Assembly (NCBI RefSeq): GCF_009914755.1
Contig: NC_060947.1
Origin: the human T2T-CHM13v2.0 reference genome, Homo sapiens
Direction: 5' to 3' (one strand)
DNA: 64,000 nt
Shown here: piece after piece, positions 31,718 through 48,500 of the stretch
Position numbering within the stretch: the first letter of the stretch is position 1
Layout: the number at the start of each line of letters is the position of its first letter
Made by a program: the position numbers and the translations under genes
The notes under the pieces: model-generated
What the model saw: only the letters and a program-made list of their open reading frames with translations
Database searches by the model: none
Told to the model about the DNA's origin: nothing

Positions 31718-31904
31718 TCCTGATGTTATCTCAATTGGATATTTCTCTGGGCCTCCAGAGGATACTGTCTTCCCATTGTCTCTCATACTGGAGTTTAAAA
31801 GTTTATCTTTCTCATGGCATTTTTTACAATCGTAGTTGAAATGAATCTCTTCCTAGCATGGGTTCAGACTAAAGCTATGCAGTTAAGTAGAATAAATATC
31901 ATTA

Positions 31905-32216
<312 letters not shown>

Positions 32217-32404
32217 TTAAAATATAGAGATTTACCTCTTTTCATTTGGATACCTTAGTGTTACAGTTGAGTTTGAGAGACTCTTGGGAAGGAGATAACA
32301 GGCCTAGGCCTCCCTTGACACACAGTGCCAAAGTTAATGTTAACCGTTTCTGTGAACATTGACTTTTTCTGCACTAGTGAGCTTTTCATTATTCCACTGT
32401 TGCC

Positions 32405-32478
32405 CCAGCTCCTGACCTTAAGCGATCTGCCTGCCTCAGCCTCCCAAAGTGCTGGTGGCATGAGCCACCGCACCTGGC
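32405..32478 (-). mobile_element. Alu/FLAM fragment
   Basis: ctcctgaccttaagcgatctgcctgcctcagcctcccaaagtgctgg. Confidence 0.8.
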
Positions 32479-32508
32479 AACACAGTAAATATTTTAGGCA
32501 CCATCTTA

Positions 32509-32941
32509 TTTTTTTTTGTATACTTTAAGTTCTAGGGTACATGTGCACAACGTGCAGGTTTGAAACATAGGTATACATGTGCCATGTTGGTTTGCTGCAC
32601 CCATCAACTCATCATTTACATTAGGTATTTCTCCTAATGCTATCCCTCCCCCAGCCCCCCACCCCCCGACAGGCCCCGGTGTGTGATGTTCCCTGCCCTG
32701 TGTCCAAGTGATCTCATTGTTCAATTCCCACCTATGAGTGAGAACATGCGGTGTTTGGTTTTCTGTCCTTGTGATAGCTTGCTGAGAATGATGGTTTCCA
32801 GCTTCATCCATGTCCCTGCAAAGGACATGAACTCATCCTTTATTATGGCTGCATAGTATTCCATGGTGTATATCTGCCACATTTTCTTAATCCAGTCTAT
32901 CACTGATGGACATTTGGGTTGATTCCAAGTCTTTGCTATTG
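32509..32941 (-). mobile_element. 5'-truncated L1PA (approx. PA7-8) 3' end
   Basis: tatactttaagttctagggtacatgtgcacaacg...; perfect TSD aggcaccatctta at 32496-32508 and 32942-32954. Confidence 0.93.
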
Positions 32942-33399
32942 AGGCACCATCTTAAAGAAAGACCAGTGGTGAAGGTGATGACAAGCAACAAATTCTACTC
33001 TTTGGGATCTAAACAGTCATTTGTATGGGTTCTGTGGCCATTCACTTAAAAAACATTTATTGAAACACGTACCATGTGCCACATACAGGGGATACAATGG
33101 TGAATAAACTGATATCTGCTTTCAAGGAATTCAGTCTCTCCAGGGAACAGACAATAAAATAATTACAATGCTATCTAATAATTGTTATGAGAGGGCAGGC
33201 ACTGAGGACCATGAGAGACAAAGGAGGGACATCTAATTTACACTGGGAGGTCAGGGAAGGCTTCCCAAAAGAGGTGAGAATTTAATGCTGTTTTGAAGGG
33301 CAAGTGGGAGTGAGCCTGATGAAAAAGGGGGAGAAAGGCATTCCAAGCACATTTTGGATGCACACAAGTAAAACCAGCATGATGCTTCTAAAGTAGTTA

Positions 33400-33603
33400 A
33401 TACAGTTATTACTGATATTTGGGGCTGGATAATTCTTTGTTGTGGGGGGCTGTGTATTGTAGAATGTTTACCAGCAGTATCCCTGAATTCTACTCACTAA
33501 ATGTCAGTAGCACCTTACTTCTCTGAGTTGTGACAACCAAAAATATCACCAGCATTGCGAGATGTTCTCTAGGGGACAAAATTGCCCCCAGTTGAGAAAT
33601 AGA
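33400..33603 (+). mobile_element. MER20 (hAT-Charlie)
   Basis: gctggataattctttgttgtgggg...gtgacaaccaaaaat...aaaattgcccccagttgagaa. Confidence 0.8.
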
Positions 33604-33941
33604 GCCAAAGGTATGTGTGAGAAAGTGATGAAAAACAAGGTTGGAAAGCCAGTCAGGGTCCAGGTCATGGGAGTCATGTGTGCTGTGATAAGAAGTTTGG
33701 ACTTTATCCTAAAGACCACAAGGACCCCTTGAAGGATTTCAAGCAAGAGGATAATATACTCAGATGTGTGTTAGGAATATCACTCTAGCAGCAGTGTAGA
33801 GTATAAGTTTGAAGGGGCTGTGTGGCAAGACTAGAAACAGGGTGATGAGTTAGGAGACTCTTGAAATCATCTATAAAAGAAGCAATGAGAGGCAGTGTTA
33901 AGGCAATGGCAGTGGGAATGGAGCAAAGGAAGAAGGTTTAA

Positions 33942-34681
<740 letters not shown>

Positions 34682-35243
34682 TCTAGTATCAATAATAGCA
34701 TAAATTATGGGACCATTCACAGATAAAGAGAACATGGCAAGTCTCCACAGATTCGAGGAGAACCACACATTTTGTAAGGAACATGCTGAGTTTGAGCTAC
34801 TATGAGACTTTCAAGTGAAAATGTCAGTAGGGAATTTTCTCTACTGATGGGCATTAAGCAGAGGGTCATTGGAGCCACTAGGGTAGAAAGGTATTAAACT
34901 GCTTCAGAGCCTTCTCTCGCTTTCATTCATTTAATAAGCATTTACTAGGTGCCAGCGCCTAGGCTGGGTGCAAGGGATACAAAGAAAAGTAAGACAAAGC
35001 TCCTGCCTTCAAGGTTCTCACAATCCATAGAGGGAGACAGACAAGTCAATATGCAATAATGCAGTTTGATAAGTGTTATGGTGGATGTATGTAGAGAGTG
35101 CTATGAAAGCAAGAGAGGAAGGACATCAAATGGAATGAGTGTAAAGTAGAAAGGCAGGGAAAGCTTACTGGTAGGGGCAATATGACAGAGAGGTGGAGAA
35201 CTACAGTGGCCCTGAGAACACACCATGCAAGCCTCCAACTATG

Positions 35244-35471
35244 GCAGGGTTTCTCAACCTTGTCACTATTGACATTTTGGACCAGATTATTCTTGATTAT
35301 TCTTTGATGAGGGGAGCTGGCCTGTGCATCATAGGATACTGAGCAGTATCCCTGGCCTCTACTCATTGGATGCCAGGAGCCATCCTCCCCCTACTTGTGA
35401 CAAGCAAAAATGTCTCTAGCTGTTGCCAACTGTCCCCTGGGGGGACAAAATCAGCTGGTTGAGAACCACTA
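35244..35471 (+). mobile_element. MER20 (hAT-Charlie)
   Basis: TIRs cagggtttctcaacc ... ggttgagaaccact with MER20 internal motifs. Confidence 0.85.
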
Positions 35472-35599
35472 AATTACAGGTTCATCATTGATCAAGAGCC
35501 TCAACTGCTGTGCTCTAAAATTCATTACTGTTTTTGCACAATGCCACACTTTCCATGGGCTGTTTCTAGCCAAGGGACTGAGAACAGCAGGGACACTAA

Positions 35600-35870
35600 G
35601 GCAATGCTATTGTGGGGAGATGCAGAGTTTGGCTCAAGGACTTAACCTTACCAAACCTTTCTTTGACTGCATGACAGGCTAGGATGCCACCACCCACCAT
35701 TTCTTTCTTCCTCCTTCACCAGGGGTCAGACTTACATCAGTCTGATGGTTGTCTCTGCCTTCTCTGGCTCCCCCCACCATTTGCTCTCATACTGATATTT
35801 CCCTTACTGAAATCCTTGAACATTTAATTCCTTTTTGCTTTCTGCTTCTCAGAGGACCCAGACTAACATT
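35600..35870 (+). mobile_element. Ancient ERVL-type LTR fragment
   Basis: 3' end ctgcttctcagaggacccagactaaca is typical of old ERVL LTRs. Confidence 0.5.
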
Positions 35871-36090
35871 AGAGGTTAGACTCTGAAATCAGAAATACCA
35901 GAATTTAAATCCTGGTTCCCCTTATTAGCTGTGCAGCCTTAAACAAGTTACCATACTTCTCTAAGCCTCAGTTCACTCATATGTAAAATGAGGGTAACGG
36001 CATCCACCTTAGAAGGTTGCTATGAGCATTAAATGAACTACTGGATTTAAGATATTTAGCATGGTGCTGGATAGCAAGTAAGAGCCCAGG
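35870..36090 (+). mobile_element. MIR
   Basis: ttagctgtgcagccttaaacaagtta...tctctaagcctcagttc...tgtaaaatgagg. Confidence 0.8.
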
Positions 36091-36283
36091 AAGTCCTGAT
36101 TCTTAGTAAAGGATGGATATGTGGAGAAAGAGGTGCTATGAATAGAGTGATACTGTGATACATAGGCATGATGGTGAGAAATACCATAGAAAGATTGGAA
36201 GGGATGTAAAATGTTATAAGCATTTTGGTATTGCTGGAACAAAGTGCAAAGCAGGAAGTGATGAGAGATCATATGAGAGGTAG

Positions 36284-36606
<323 letters not shown>

Positions 36607-37059
36607 CCCTTCTACCTTTTTAATGCAAGTTATATTATTCTATCCTTTCATCATCTCCTTTGAGCCTTCTTCAACTTCACTACATCTGCCTTTAAGCTGA
36701 AAACCCAAACCTTCACACAAACGCCATCCAAATTCTCTAATTCGAATGGGGCTGACTAGTTTGGAGAGAGACTAAAGGGCTTGTTGCTTCACAGTTCCTC
36801 CCCTCAGGATTCCAATTTATGCAGCCTTGAATGGGGATTACTTGGAGGGAAAAAGATCTAATCGCTACTTGGCCCTTGCCCTGAAAACTCTTTCATTCAA
36901 TCCAAAAACATTAACAGGGACCACTTTTTCCCTAACGAGAGTTAATCATTACTCCAACCTCCTACTCTGTGCTCTCTCCTCCCACCAGCACACACATGCA
37001 AGAATCATCCAGACATGCCCATGAGCATGAGAATTGAAAATCAAGCAATAATGTGACCA

Positions 37060-37250
37060 ATGTGTGGATGTTGTGCCAGCTAAAGACTTGAATTCAAATC
37101 TCAGCTCCACCATTGAAGGACTATGCAATCTTAGGCAAGTCAGCCTCTAGACCTCAATTTTCTGTTCTATATAATGGGGGCAAGAAATCATGCCCTGGGT
37201 GGAAAGCATTTTGAAAACTACAAAACATTTGACCAGTTATTATTATTCAA
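37060..37250 (+). mobile_element. MIR
   Basis: gacttgaattcaaatctcagctccacc...ttaggcaagtca. Confidence 0.7.
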
Positions 37251-37259
37251 CTTGTGTCA

Positions 37260-37772
<513 letters not shown>

Positions 37773-38349
37773 TCAGCTTTGCAAAACTTTAAATTTCTCT
37801 TTCTATTTCCTAAACCCACTTCTGAGGTTTAGCTACTCTATTCTTATTTCCCCTACTTTACTTGGCTTAGGAGTTCACCCCTTTAGGGCTAAAATCAGTC
37901 TCTATATTTTTGTCTGCTTGTTTATTGTCTGTCACCCATATTAAAAATGTAAGCTCCATGAGAACAGATTTTTTTTGGTTTTGGTTTTTTATTTTTTTTT
38001 GGCTGTTAAATTCATTAATATATTTCCAGTACTTTTCATCATGTCTGACACATAGTAGGCATTCAATAAATCTCTTAATGAATGGATGGATGAATAAATG
38101 AATGCATCGGTGAACATCTATAGCGGCTTCCTTGCTTAGATTCCATTCCCCAGTCTCTCCAGTCCTGTATGCACCCTCCTACCAAGCTTTACCTGGGTAG
38201 TAGTAAGAGTAAGGGGATATAGACTTTGAAAAGGTGATGAAGGAGCATGAGCTCCACCCACAGGAGTGGAAGAGTAATAGTGAGAGGCCTTAAAATGTCT
38301 AGAACCATCTTTAAAAGTATATTAGAAGTGATAAAACATGAGTAGACTT

Positions 38350-38590
38350 TCCCAGTGTTTTCTGTGGAAAGCTAATCCTACAAATGCTTTTCAACAAAAG
38401 GGTTCTGTGGTCAAGTAAGTTTGAGAAACACTGCATGATTAACTCCACACTCAGTGCACACAAAGATTTGCAGTGTGTATTAGCATATTAAAGGCCCTGG
38501 GATGTCAGATAGTAAAGAAACTAGTTTAATTATGGAACCCTTTTATCATATAATACCTGCCGTAAATATTTTAGAAAATACTAGTCTAGG
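38350..38590. mobile_element. hAT-Charlie MER (MER103-like)
   Basis: cagtgttttct...tttgagaaacactg inverted ends and ttagcatattaaaggc...agtaaagaaac motif. Confidence 0.55.
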
Positions 38591-38899
38591 ACATAACCAT
38601 GATGAGAAAGTTATCAGATTTCTAAAAGCTTGAAATCACTTCCCCAGATTTGTTTTTTTTTAGAAATTACTTTCCTTTTGCCTACTTCCATTTAGTCATT
38701 GCCAGCAAAATCTTTAAAACAAAATAGAGCTTTAAGGGCAAAGAGCTTGAGTGCCCTGAAGGAGGTACTAAAATTGGGGTTGGGTAAAAGGCTTGAGAGA
38801 TGGGCTCAGGCAGAGAGAAACTCAAGGAGAAAAATCAGGTAGTGGGATCTATGAGAAAAGGAAAAAATCAAGCTTCTTATGAATCTTCCTCTCAATGAC

Positions 38900-40100
<1,201 letters not shown>

Positions 40101-40109
40101 CTTGCTTTG

Positions 40110-40653
<544 letters not shown>

Positions 40654-40694
40654 TAGCCACATCATTTTTTTTATTTCTACAGCATGCCATATTC

Positions 40695-40990
40695 TCTTAT
40701 TTAACTGTAAAATTCAATGTCTTTTAGTATATTTACAGAATTGTACATTCATCACCACAATCAATTTTAGAACATTTTCATTACCCCAAAAAGAAGCCTC
40801 ACACCCCTTAGCCTTAGGCAACCACTAATCTACTTTCTGTCTCCAAGGATTTGCCTATTCTGGACTTTTCATATACATGGAATCATACAATATGTGGTCT
40901 TTTGTGTCTGACTTCCTTCACTTGGCATAATATTTTCAAGGTTTATCCATGTTGTAGCATGGATCAGTGCTTCATCCTTTTTATGGCCGC
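40695..40990 (-). mobile_element. L1MB/MC-type 3' fragment
   Basis: ggcaaccactaatctactttctgtctc...atggaatcatacaatatgtggtc. Confidence 0.85.
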
Positions 40991-42159
40991 ACTATGTTCT
41001 CTTTCATTGCCCAGCCTTTGTACAGGGAATCCTTCTGTCAGTAATCCATTCCTTTTCTCCACCCCCCACTCACATGATTAAGTCTCATTCAAACTTGAGC
41101 CCTGTAGTTTAGATAGAATCAAAAGACTTCCTCCTGGAAGCCTTTGATGATCACCCTCTCCCATCCCCACCCCGCTTAGAACGGCTTAAGTAAGCTTCCT
41201 AGGTGCTCCCCCCAATATCCTGTACTTCCCCTATTGCTTGTTTATTTATCTGTCTTTCTCTTCGACTGCTGGCTGAACAACAACTGCAGCCATGTTTGTA
41301 TACTGCTCATATCCAGTACTTAGCAGAGGATGTGGCAACCACTAGGCACTCAATTACTTTGCTGAATTATGAAACAGGAACAGGAGGAGCAGGGCCAGAA
41401 CAGAAAAGAGGAGGCTCAATTGGTAGCAGGCCAATGGAGGTTTTCTGCTGCGCTACCAGACTAAACTTTCTAAAACACTGCTTTCTTCAAGACATGTCTT
41501 CAAGCTAGATACTGGGCCTGTTTCTCCTCTAAAAAATGTAGGGTCCACCTGAATAATCCCTATAATCCCTTTTCAGCCCCAACACTGATTGCTTACAAGT
41601 ATATGTTTAATTAGTCCCATAATTATGAAGGAGAGCCAAGAGGATGCCAAGTGCATTAAAATACATTTCTCTCAAATTAATGCATAATAACACTGTACAA
41701 AATAGGACTTTTTTTCCCCTTAAAGTATTAGCAATATGGACTAACTGGGGTCAAATAAAAAAATATGATGTCTTACATGATAATAGTTAAGGAATACAGC
41801 TTCCATCCACTAGAAGCTTTTGAATCCTCTTTTAATCAGTTCTATCTTGACACTTGATTGAAATATTAGCAGTAGGTGCCTCTGCATTTATCAGCTTTTA
41901 AAGGCCTGAATTAATTTCCCTACACTGGCCTGGCTTTGTAAGATGGAATGGAAAGTAGAAGGCACCACTCCCTCTCAGAAAAGCACTTTCCAGCTCCATC
42001 AGCCAGGCCCAAGCTATTCTGAGCAAGCTTGCTGTTAATGAACATCACTGCAGTTCCTTCTAGATCTGGACTGCTCTCCATTAGAGCAGCCAGAACCAAA
42101 GATAGGCAGAAGCAAAAAAAAAGAAATAATTGCAACATACTCTATATATACCACTCTAG

Positions 42160-42370
42160 AGATTCAGTAATAATAACTCCCATTTATCAAACACTGTACT
42201 GACCCTTTATATCATCTCATATAATGTTCTTAACAATTCCATGGGGTATTATGATTATTATTTTCATTTTATAAATAAGGAAAGTGAGCCACAGAGAGGT
42301 TGAGCAATCACCCACAGTCATGTGACTAGTAAATGTTAGAGCCAGGATTTAAAAGTCTGTTCTGAATACA
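42160..42370 (-). mobile_element. MIR
   Basis: attattattttcattttataaataaggaaagtgagccacagagaggttgagcaa. Confidence 0.75.
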
Positions 42371-42509
42371 GAGGTGAAGCCTATATTGGTACAGTATACA
42401 TGCCTCCCATTATTTAACAATTATTCACTTATATTTATTTCTCTCCCACTGTTCTATGAACTCCCTTTGGGTTTGTGCCACCAGCACCTAGCATAATGCT
42501 TGGCACATT

Positions 42510-43295
42510 GATTCATTCATCCCTTCAAAACAGATTTATCGAATGTATACCATGTGCTAACCACTGGTTATGAGCACCTGGGCATACAGGAGTGAACAAG
42601 GCAGTAAGATTCCCTGGCCTAGTAAAGCTTACAACCAGGTGAAAGAGACAGACAAGGCTGGGTGCAGTGGCTCGTGCCTGTAATCCTAACACTTCGGGAG
42701 GCGGAGATGGGGTGATTGCTTGCAGTCAGGAGTTCCAGATCAGCCTTGGGAACATGGTGAAACCCTGTCTCTACAAAAAGTACAAAAATTAGCCAGGTGT
42801 GGTGGCTCACACCTGTGGTCTCAACTACTTGGGAGGCTGAGGTAGGAGGATTGCTTGAGTCTGGGAGTTAAAGACTGTGGTGAGCCATGATTGTGGCACT
42901 GCACTCCAGCCTGGGTAACAGAGCAAGACCTGGTCGCTAAAAAAAGAGAGAGAAGAAAACAAATAAGAATTTCTATGAAGAAAATAAAGCAAAAAAAAAT
43001 GGGATTAAGAGTAGCTTGGGGTTGGGGGCAGTGCTTTGTTAGGCTAAGGTGCTCAGGGGAAGGCTTCTGCAAGTAGGTGACAATTCATTTGAGCTGAGAC
43101 CTAAACGATGAGAAACAGCCAACCATGAGAAAGCCAGAGGAAGCATGTTTCAGGCAGAGGTACTAGAAAGTACAAAAGTGGGAAAGGGTTTGGCAGGCTT
43201 AAGGATCAAAAAGAAGGCGAATGTGGGTGGGGCATAGGAAGTGAAGGGGCCTATTAGAGGTGTCAGATCTTATAGGGCCTTGTAGGCCATAGGCA
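42510..43295 (-). mobile_element. LINE-2 interrupted by AluJ
   Basis: attcattcatccc...tttatcgaatgtataccatgtgcta; tttgagctgagacctaaa; agggccttgtaggccat. Confidence 0.7.
42656..42945 (+). mobile_element. AluJ
   Basis: Diverged dimer. Confidence 0.9.
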
Positions 43296-43493
43296 CCACC
43301 TATTATACTTACACCTAAAACTGGGACTGCTGCCCCCTACTGATTCGTAACAAGAGCCAGGGTGGGAGAAATACGTTTTTGAAGGGGGAGACTCAGAAGC
43401 AGGATGCCTGAGCTTTGGGAAGAAAAGCATGGGCCTTCCTTGCACCTGCTTCCTCTTCCCCCTGGGAATCCCTTCCTTTGTAGGTTACTCCCA

Positions 43494-43562
43494 TTTTTTT
43501 TTTTACCCTTCTTCTTCCTCCTCCTCCTCCTTCTCGTCCTCTTCTTTCTTTTCTTCCTCCCC
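43494..43562. repeat. Polypyrimidine (CTT/CCT)n tract
   Basis: Visible. Confidence 0.85.
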
Positions 43563-44199
43563 GACCCCCACATCTCTAAAACAATTTAAGCTCACAAGCC
43601 ATTTCCCATCAACTCCTCCTGGGACCATGAGACAGCCAATCTATGCCTTAAGCCTCTAATGCCAAAACTTTTGAGTCAGATAAGAGGAGGGAGCCGTGGT
43701 GATAGTGGCAGCAGCCATGTCGTCGCAGCTTGAGCTCAAAGCTCAAAGTCTTCTTCTGTCCGACCCCTGAAGGGAGTCAGGCGATTTTGGCTTAGCTAAT
43801 ACAGCAGTCTGAAGAGCTGAGCTACCTAACTACTGTGACGAACAGAAAGGAAAACAAGCCTCAGAAAAAGCCAACACCAGAGAACAAGAATTACAAGCAC
43901 GCATCGGCACCCACAGCAGACAGGCTGGGTGGAGGACTCCCAACTTAACATACGCACAGGTTTCGGAGCACAGCAGAATACCTTTGACTCTCCGGAAAGC
44001 TAGTTGCAACACTTCTTACTCCCTACTGCCCCACTGTGGAGAAATGCTTTGGGAAAACGCGACTTATTGTGGAGGAGCATTCACTGCCATACTCTTTTGA
44101 CTTTGGACTCCTGGCAGTCTTCATTCCCTTATTCCTCCAGCATCTATCAAGCTCAGAGAAAGAGGCTTTTGACACACATACAACGACGTGGTCTTTACC

Positions 44200-44950
44200 T
44201 CTCCTTATTAAAATTTGAGGCCAATAAAATAAAAACATTGAGCTTAACCTTTTCCAAAAATGGTAAAAAGTTGCGCAGGAAAATAGGAGGAAGGAAATAA
44301 TAAAGATAAAAGCAAAAATAAATAAATTAGAGGTTGTAAAAACAGTTGAATTAATAAATAAATTCAAGAGCTTGCTGCTTGAAAGGGCTAATAAAGTAGA
44401 TAAAACTCTGGCAAATCTATGTAAGAAAAACACATACATAAAATTAGAAATGAGAAAGGGGATATAACAACCAGTATAAACAATATTTTTTAATTGTAAG
44501 AAAATGCTATGCACAATTGTATGCTAATACATTTTAAAAATATAGTGCAATAGATCCTTTTTGTCTACAAAAATATAAAATACTAAAATTCATACCACAA
44601 CAAGTAGAAAAGCTGAATAAATTAATAACTGAAGAATAAATTCAGAAACTGTCACACAAAGTTCCTAAACCTAATGGTAAGTAATTTTAAACCTTCAAAG
44701 GAGAAAGCAGAAAAAGCATGTGCCTTTCACCCCACGAAACAAATATGGTCCTGATCCCAAAACGTGATAAACATAAAATAAAACATGAACACCGGAGACC
44801 AAATGTAAACTATATTATAGTTGATAGGTCCAAAAACTTTAGCCCCAATACAAGCAAACAGTTCAGCAAAGCTTGAAGGGAGCAAAACATCACAATCATA
44901 AAGAATTAATCCTCGGAAAGCAACAGTGGTTCAGCCTAAAGCAGTCTACT
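44200..44950 (+). mobile_element. Ancient L1ME-type ORF2 remnant
   Basis: A-rich degenerate ORF2 sequence: ctaataaagtagataaaactctggcaaatcta (cf. L1 ORF2 NKIDKPLA), tatgcacaattgtatgctaatacattt. Confidence 0.7.
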
Positions 44951-45016
44951 AGTATAATGTTAACCATAGGTTAAATCAGTTCTTCTCAACATTTTTGTGG
45001 CATACATAGAAAATGA

Positions 45017-45330
45017 GACTGGGTGCGGTGGCACACGCCTGCAATCCCCAGCAATTTGGGAGGCCGAGACGGGCAGATGGCTTGAGTCCAGGTGTTTGAT
45101 ACCTGCCTGGGCGACATGGTGAAACCCTGTCTATGCAAAAAATACGCAAATTAGCCGGGAGTAGCGGCTTGTGCCCATAGTCCTAGCTACTCAGGGGGAC
45201 TAAGGTGGGAGGATCACTTAAGCCCAGGACGTCGAGGCTGCAGTGAGCCTCGACTCTGCCATTGCACTCCAGCCTGGGAGACAGACTGAGATCCTGCCTC
45301 AAGAGAAAAAAAAAAAAGAAAGAAAATAAA
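45017..45330 (+). mobile_element. AluJ
   Basis: Diverged dimer with A-rich tail. Confidence 0.9.
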
Positions 45331-46143
45331 AATATTTGTAAGGGCCACTGAGGTATGCAAACGAGGCTGTTCTTAGCTGGAGGTGGAGAGAAGGGTTTCT
45401 GGCTGTCCCAAGCCCACTGGCCACCCTAATAGTTGAGGGGATGGATATATTGGCAGATCTATAACCAGGTATGCTATTCACAGTGTTTACCAAGTGGCAA
45501 AGCACAGGGATGGACCAATTAGAAAAGACGCTGGGCAGCAGCATTACATCAGGGTCCTGATGGTCTCTTGCTGTGCCAGGTGTTATCGCTTTAGTTGGTG
45601 GATTCTGGGAGTGTGTCCCAGGGAATAGCTGGGTCAGTGAGAGGGTACTCAGTGTGCTCAGGGCAATAGTGATTTACTATGGAAGTGTTTCAATATTTTA
45701 AGGGTCTAGCTGTCCTGGTGTGTACCTGCTGAATATCAGCATTGCCTGCAACTCCGACTCAATCTGTCATTGGCATCAGTTAGGAAGCTCTGAGTTAAAC
45801 TGCATTCTGTCTGTTTTAGCATCTGCCATGCTGTATTGTCATGGTTGCCATCTTGTCCTTATTTTGACTAGCCTGTGACACTATTCATCCTCTTCTCTCC
45901 AGCACTCTCACACAGTATCTGACGCATTGTAGAAGCTTAATAAGTGTTTGCCCGATGTATCAAGAATCATTTCCAAGAGATATCCAAAAGAGCATATGAT
46001 AACATTGAAAACACATTCTGTAAAATTAGGAATGGAAGGATAAGCATGATAAGGATATCCATGAAAATAATAAGGATAACATGATTAAGAACATTGATTT
46101 AAAACACAAGGCAAAATTATATGTAACTAAAGAAATATTAATG

Positions 46144-46415
46144 ACCAGTCTTGGTGGCTCACACCTAGCATTTTGGGATGCCAAGGTAGGAGGATCACTT
46201 GAACTCAGGAGTTCAAGACCAGCATGGGCAACATTGTGAAACCTCATCTCTCAAAAAAAAAAAATAGCTGGGCATGGCGGTGCATGCTTGAAGTCCCAGC
46301 TACTCAGGAGGCTGAGGTGGGAGGATCGCCTGAGCCCAGGTCAAGGCTGCAGTGAGCCATGTTCCCACCATTGCACTCCAGCTTGGGCAACAGAGTGAGA
46401 CCCTGTATCAAAAAA
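46144..46415 (+). mobile_element. AluJ followed by (GAAA/GA)n
   Basis: J-type dimer; the tail has expanded into a purine microsatellite up to 46466. Confidence 0.88.
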
Positions 46416-46466
46416 GGAAGGAAAGAAAGAAAGAGAAAGAGAGAGAAAGAGAAAGAAAGAAAGAAA

Positions 46467-46847
<381 letters not shown>

Positions 46848-47579
46848 TCAATAAGATATGAAAAAGAAATAAGATATAAGTATTAAATAAATTGCCATAG
46901 AAAATATAAAAAAATTTAAGAATGAATGTTTCAAGAGAGGTATATTATCCATATAAAGAAAACTACAAAACTGTTGGAAGATGTTAACAAAAAGCCTCCA
47001 CTCTCACCCATATATGTGTGTTTTGATAACTATTGATATAGTGTGTGATTTTCTGAAATCCTTGTCAAATTATAACTGTAGGGAAAGGCCACACTCATGT
47101 GGATGAAGCATGGATGGAGTCTCCCTGGAAAACAGTAATTATTCCAGATTATCAATCATTTGAGCAAAAAAGACAGGTTCTTAAGTTGGCAAGAAATGAA
47201 TTGCTTGTCTTTCTCTAAGTCTAGCTATCTTGGATTCAGACATTGGGGGATTCGTAAATTCTCACCTTATGCTCCTGGGTGGTGGTGGGTTGCTAAGATG
47301 ATATCCACCTGATGGAAATAGGTAGAGACCTAGATGAGATGGGGTTCTGAAAAGCAAGCCTTATGTTATAAAGGACAGTTACCTGGTTTCATATTTTTCT
47401 CTGTGTTTATTTATTTACTGTTATTCCCTAGTCTCTAGAACAATATTGTCCAATGTTTCAGCCTTACCTCAACTATACTAAAAGGTACTCAGGAAAGGTT
47501 ACTGTGTCTACATTTAGGCCAAAGTGCTGAATGGAAGGTGGGACCTCTTTCTTCACTGGTAGGCATAAGTGGGGTTGTC

Positions 47580-47822
47580 AGTAACTATTGATAATTGAGT
47601 GCCTGAGCCAGGTACAGCACTGCTTTACACACATTATCTCATTCAACCCTCTCAACAACCTGGTGAGGTAGGCAATTTTATTTCTCACCCCCACTTATAA
47701 GTGAGAAACTTGAAGCTAAAAGAGGTGTACTGGTTTATCCCACATTACACAGCAAGGAAAATGGCAGAAGTTGAATAGAAATGCAGCTCTGTCCAACTCC
47801 AAACCCCATGCTCTTAACCACT
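47580..47822 (-). mobile_element. MIR
   Basis: gctttacacacattatctcattcaaccctctcaacaacc...aactccaaaccccatgctcttaacca. Confidence 0.8.
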
Positions 47823-48106
47823 AGCTATTCCAAGAGACCCCAGGGGGAGAAAATTCTAGGGTACAGGAGTTAAGGGTTCTAGATTTAATTTACTTACCAA
47901 AGGTAGAAGTTTTATTTTCAGGAGATATAAAAGATACATTCAATAAATAAAATTCATGCCATGTTCATAGATGGAATGCTAAATATTAAAGATATCCATT
48001 TTCCTTGAGTCAACTTATCATTTTTTCAGCACCATCTCCCAGGGTAAAAATAACTCCAGAGATGCAGAAAATCTAGGTTTCTTATGAAAAGAAAATTCTT
48101 AGGTAA

Positions 48107-48500
48107 TTATTATTATTATTATACTTTAAGTTCTGGGGTACATGTGCAGAACATGCAGTTTTGTTACATAGGTATACATGTGCCATGGTGGTTTGCTGCA
48201 CCCACCAACCCATCATCTACATTACATATTTCTTCTAATGCTATCCCTCCCCTAGCCCCCAACCCCTTGACAGATCCCAGTGTGTGATGTTCCCCTCCCT
48301 ATGTCCATGTGTTCTCATTGTTTAACTCCCACTTATGAGTATGAACATGTAGTGTTTGGTTTCCTGTTCTTGTGATAGTTTGCTGAGAGTGATGGTTTCC
48401 AGCTTCATCCATGTCCTTGCAAAGGATATGAAGTCATCCTTTTTTATGGCTGCATAGTATTCCATGGTGTATATGTGCCACATTTTCTTTATCCAGTCTA
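48107..48500 (-). mobile_element. 5'-truncated L1PA (approx. PA8-10) 3' end
   Basis: ttattatactttaagttctggggtacatgtgcagaac...ttcttt atccagtcta; flanked by (ATT)n on both sides. Confidence 0.92.
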
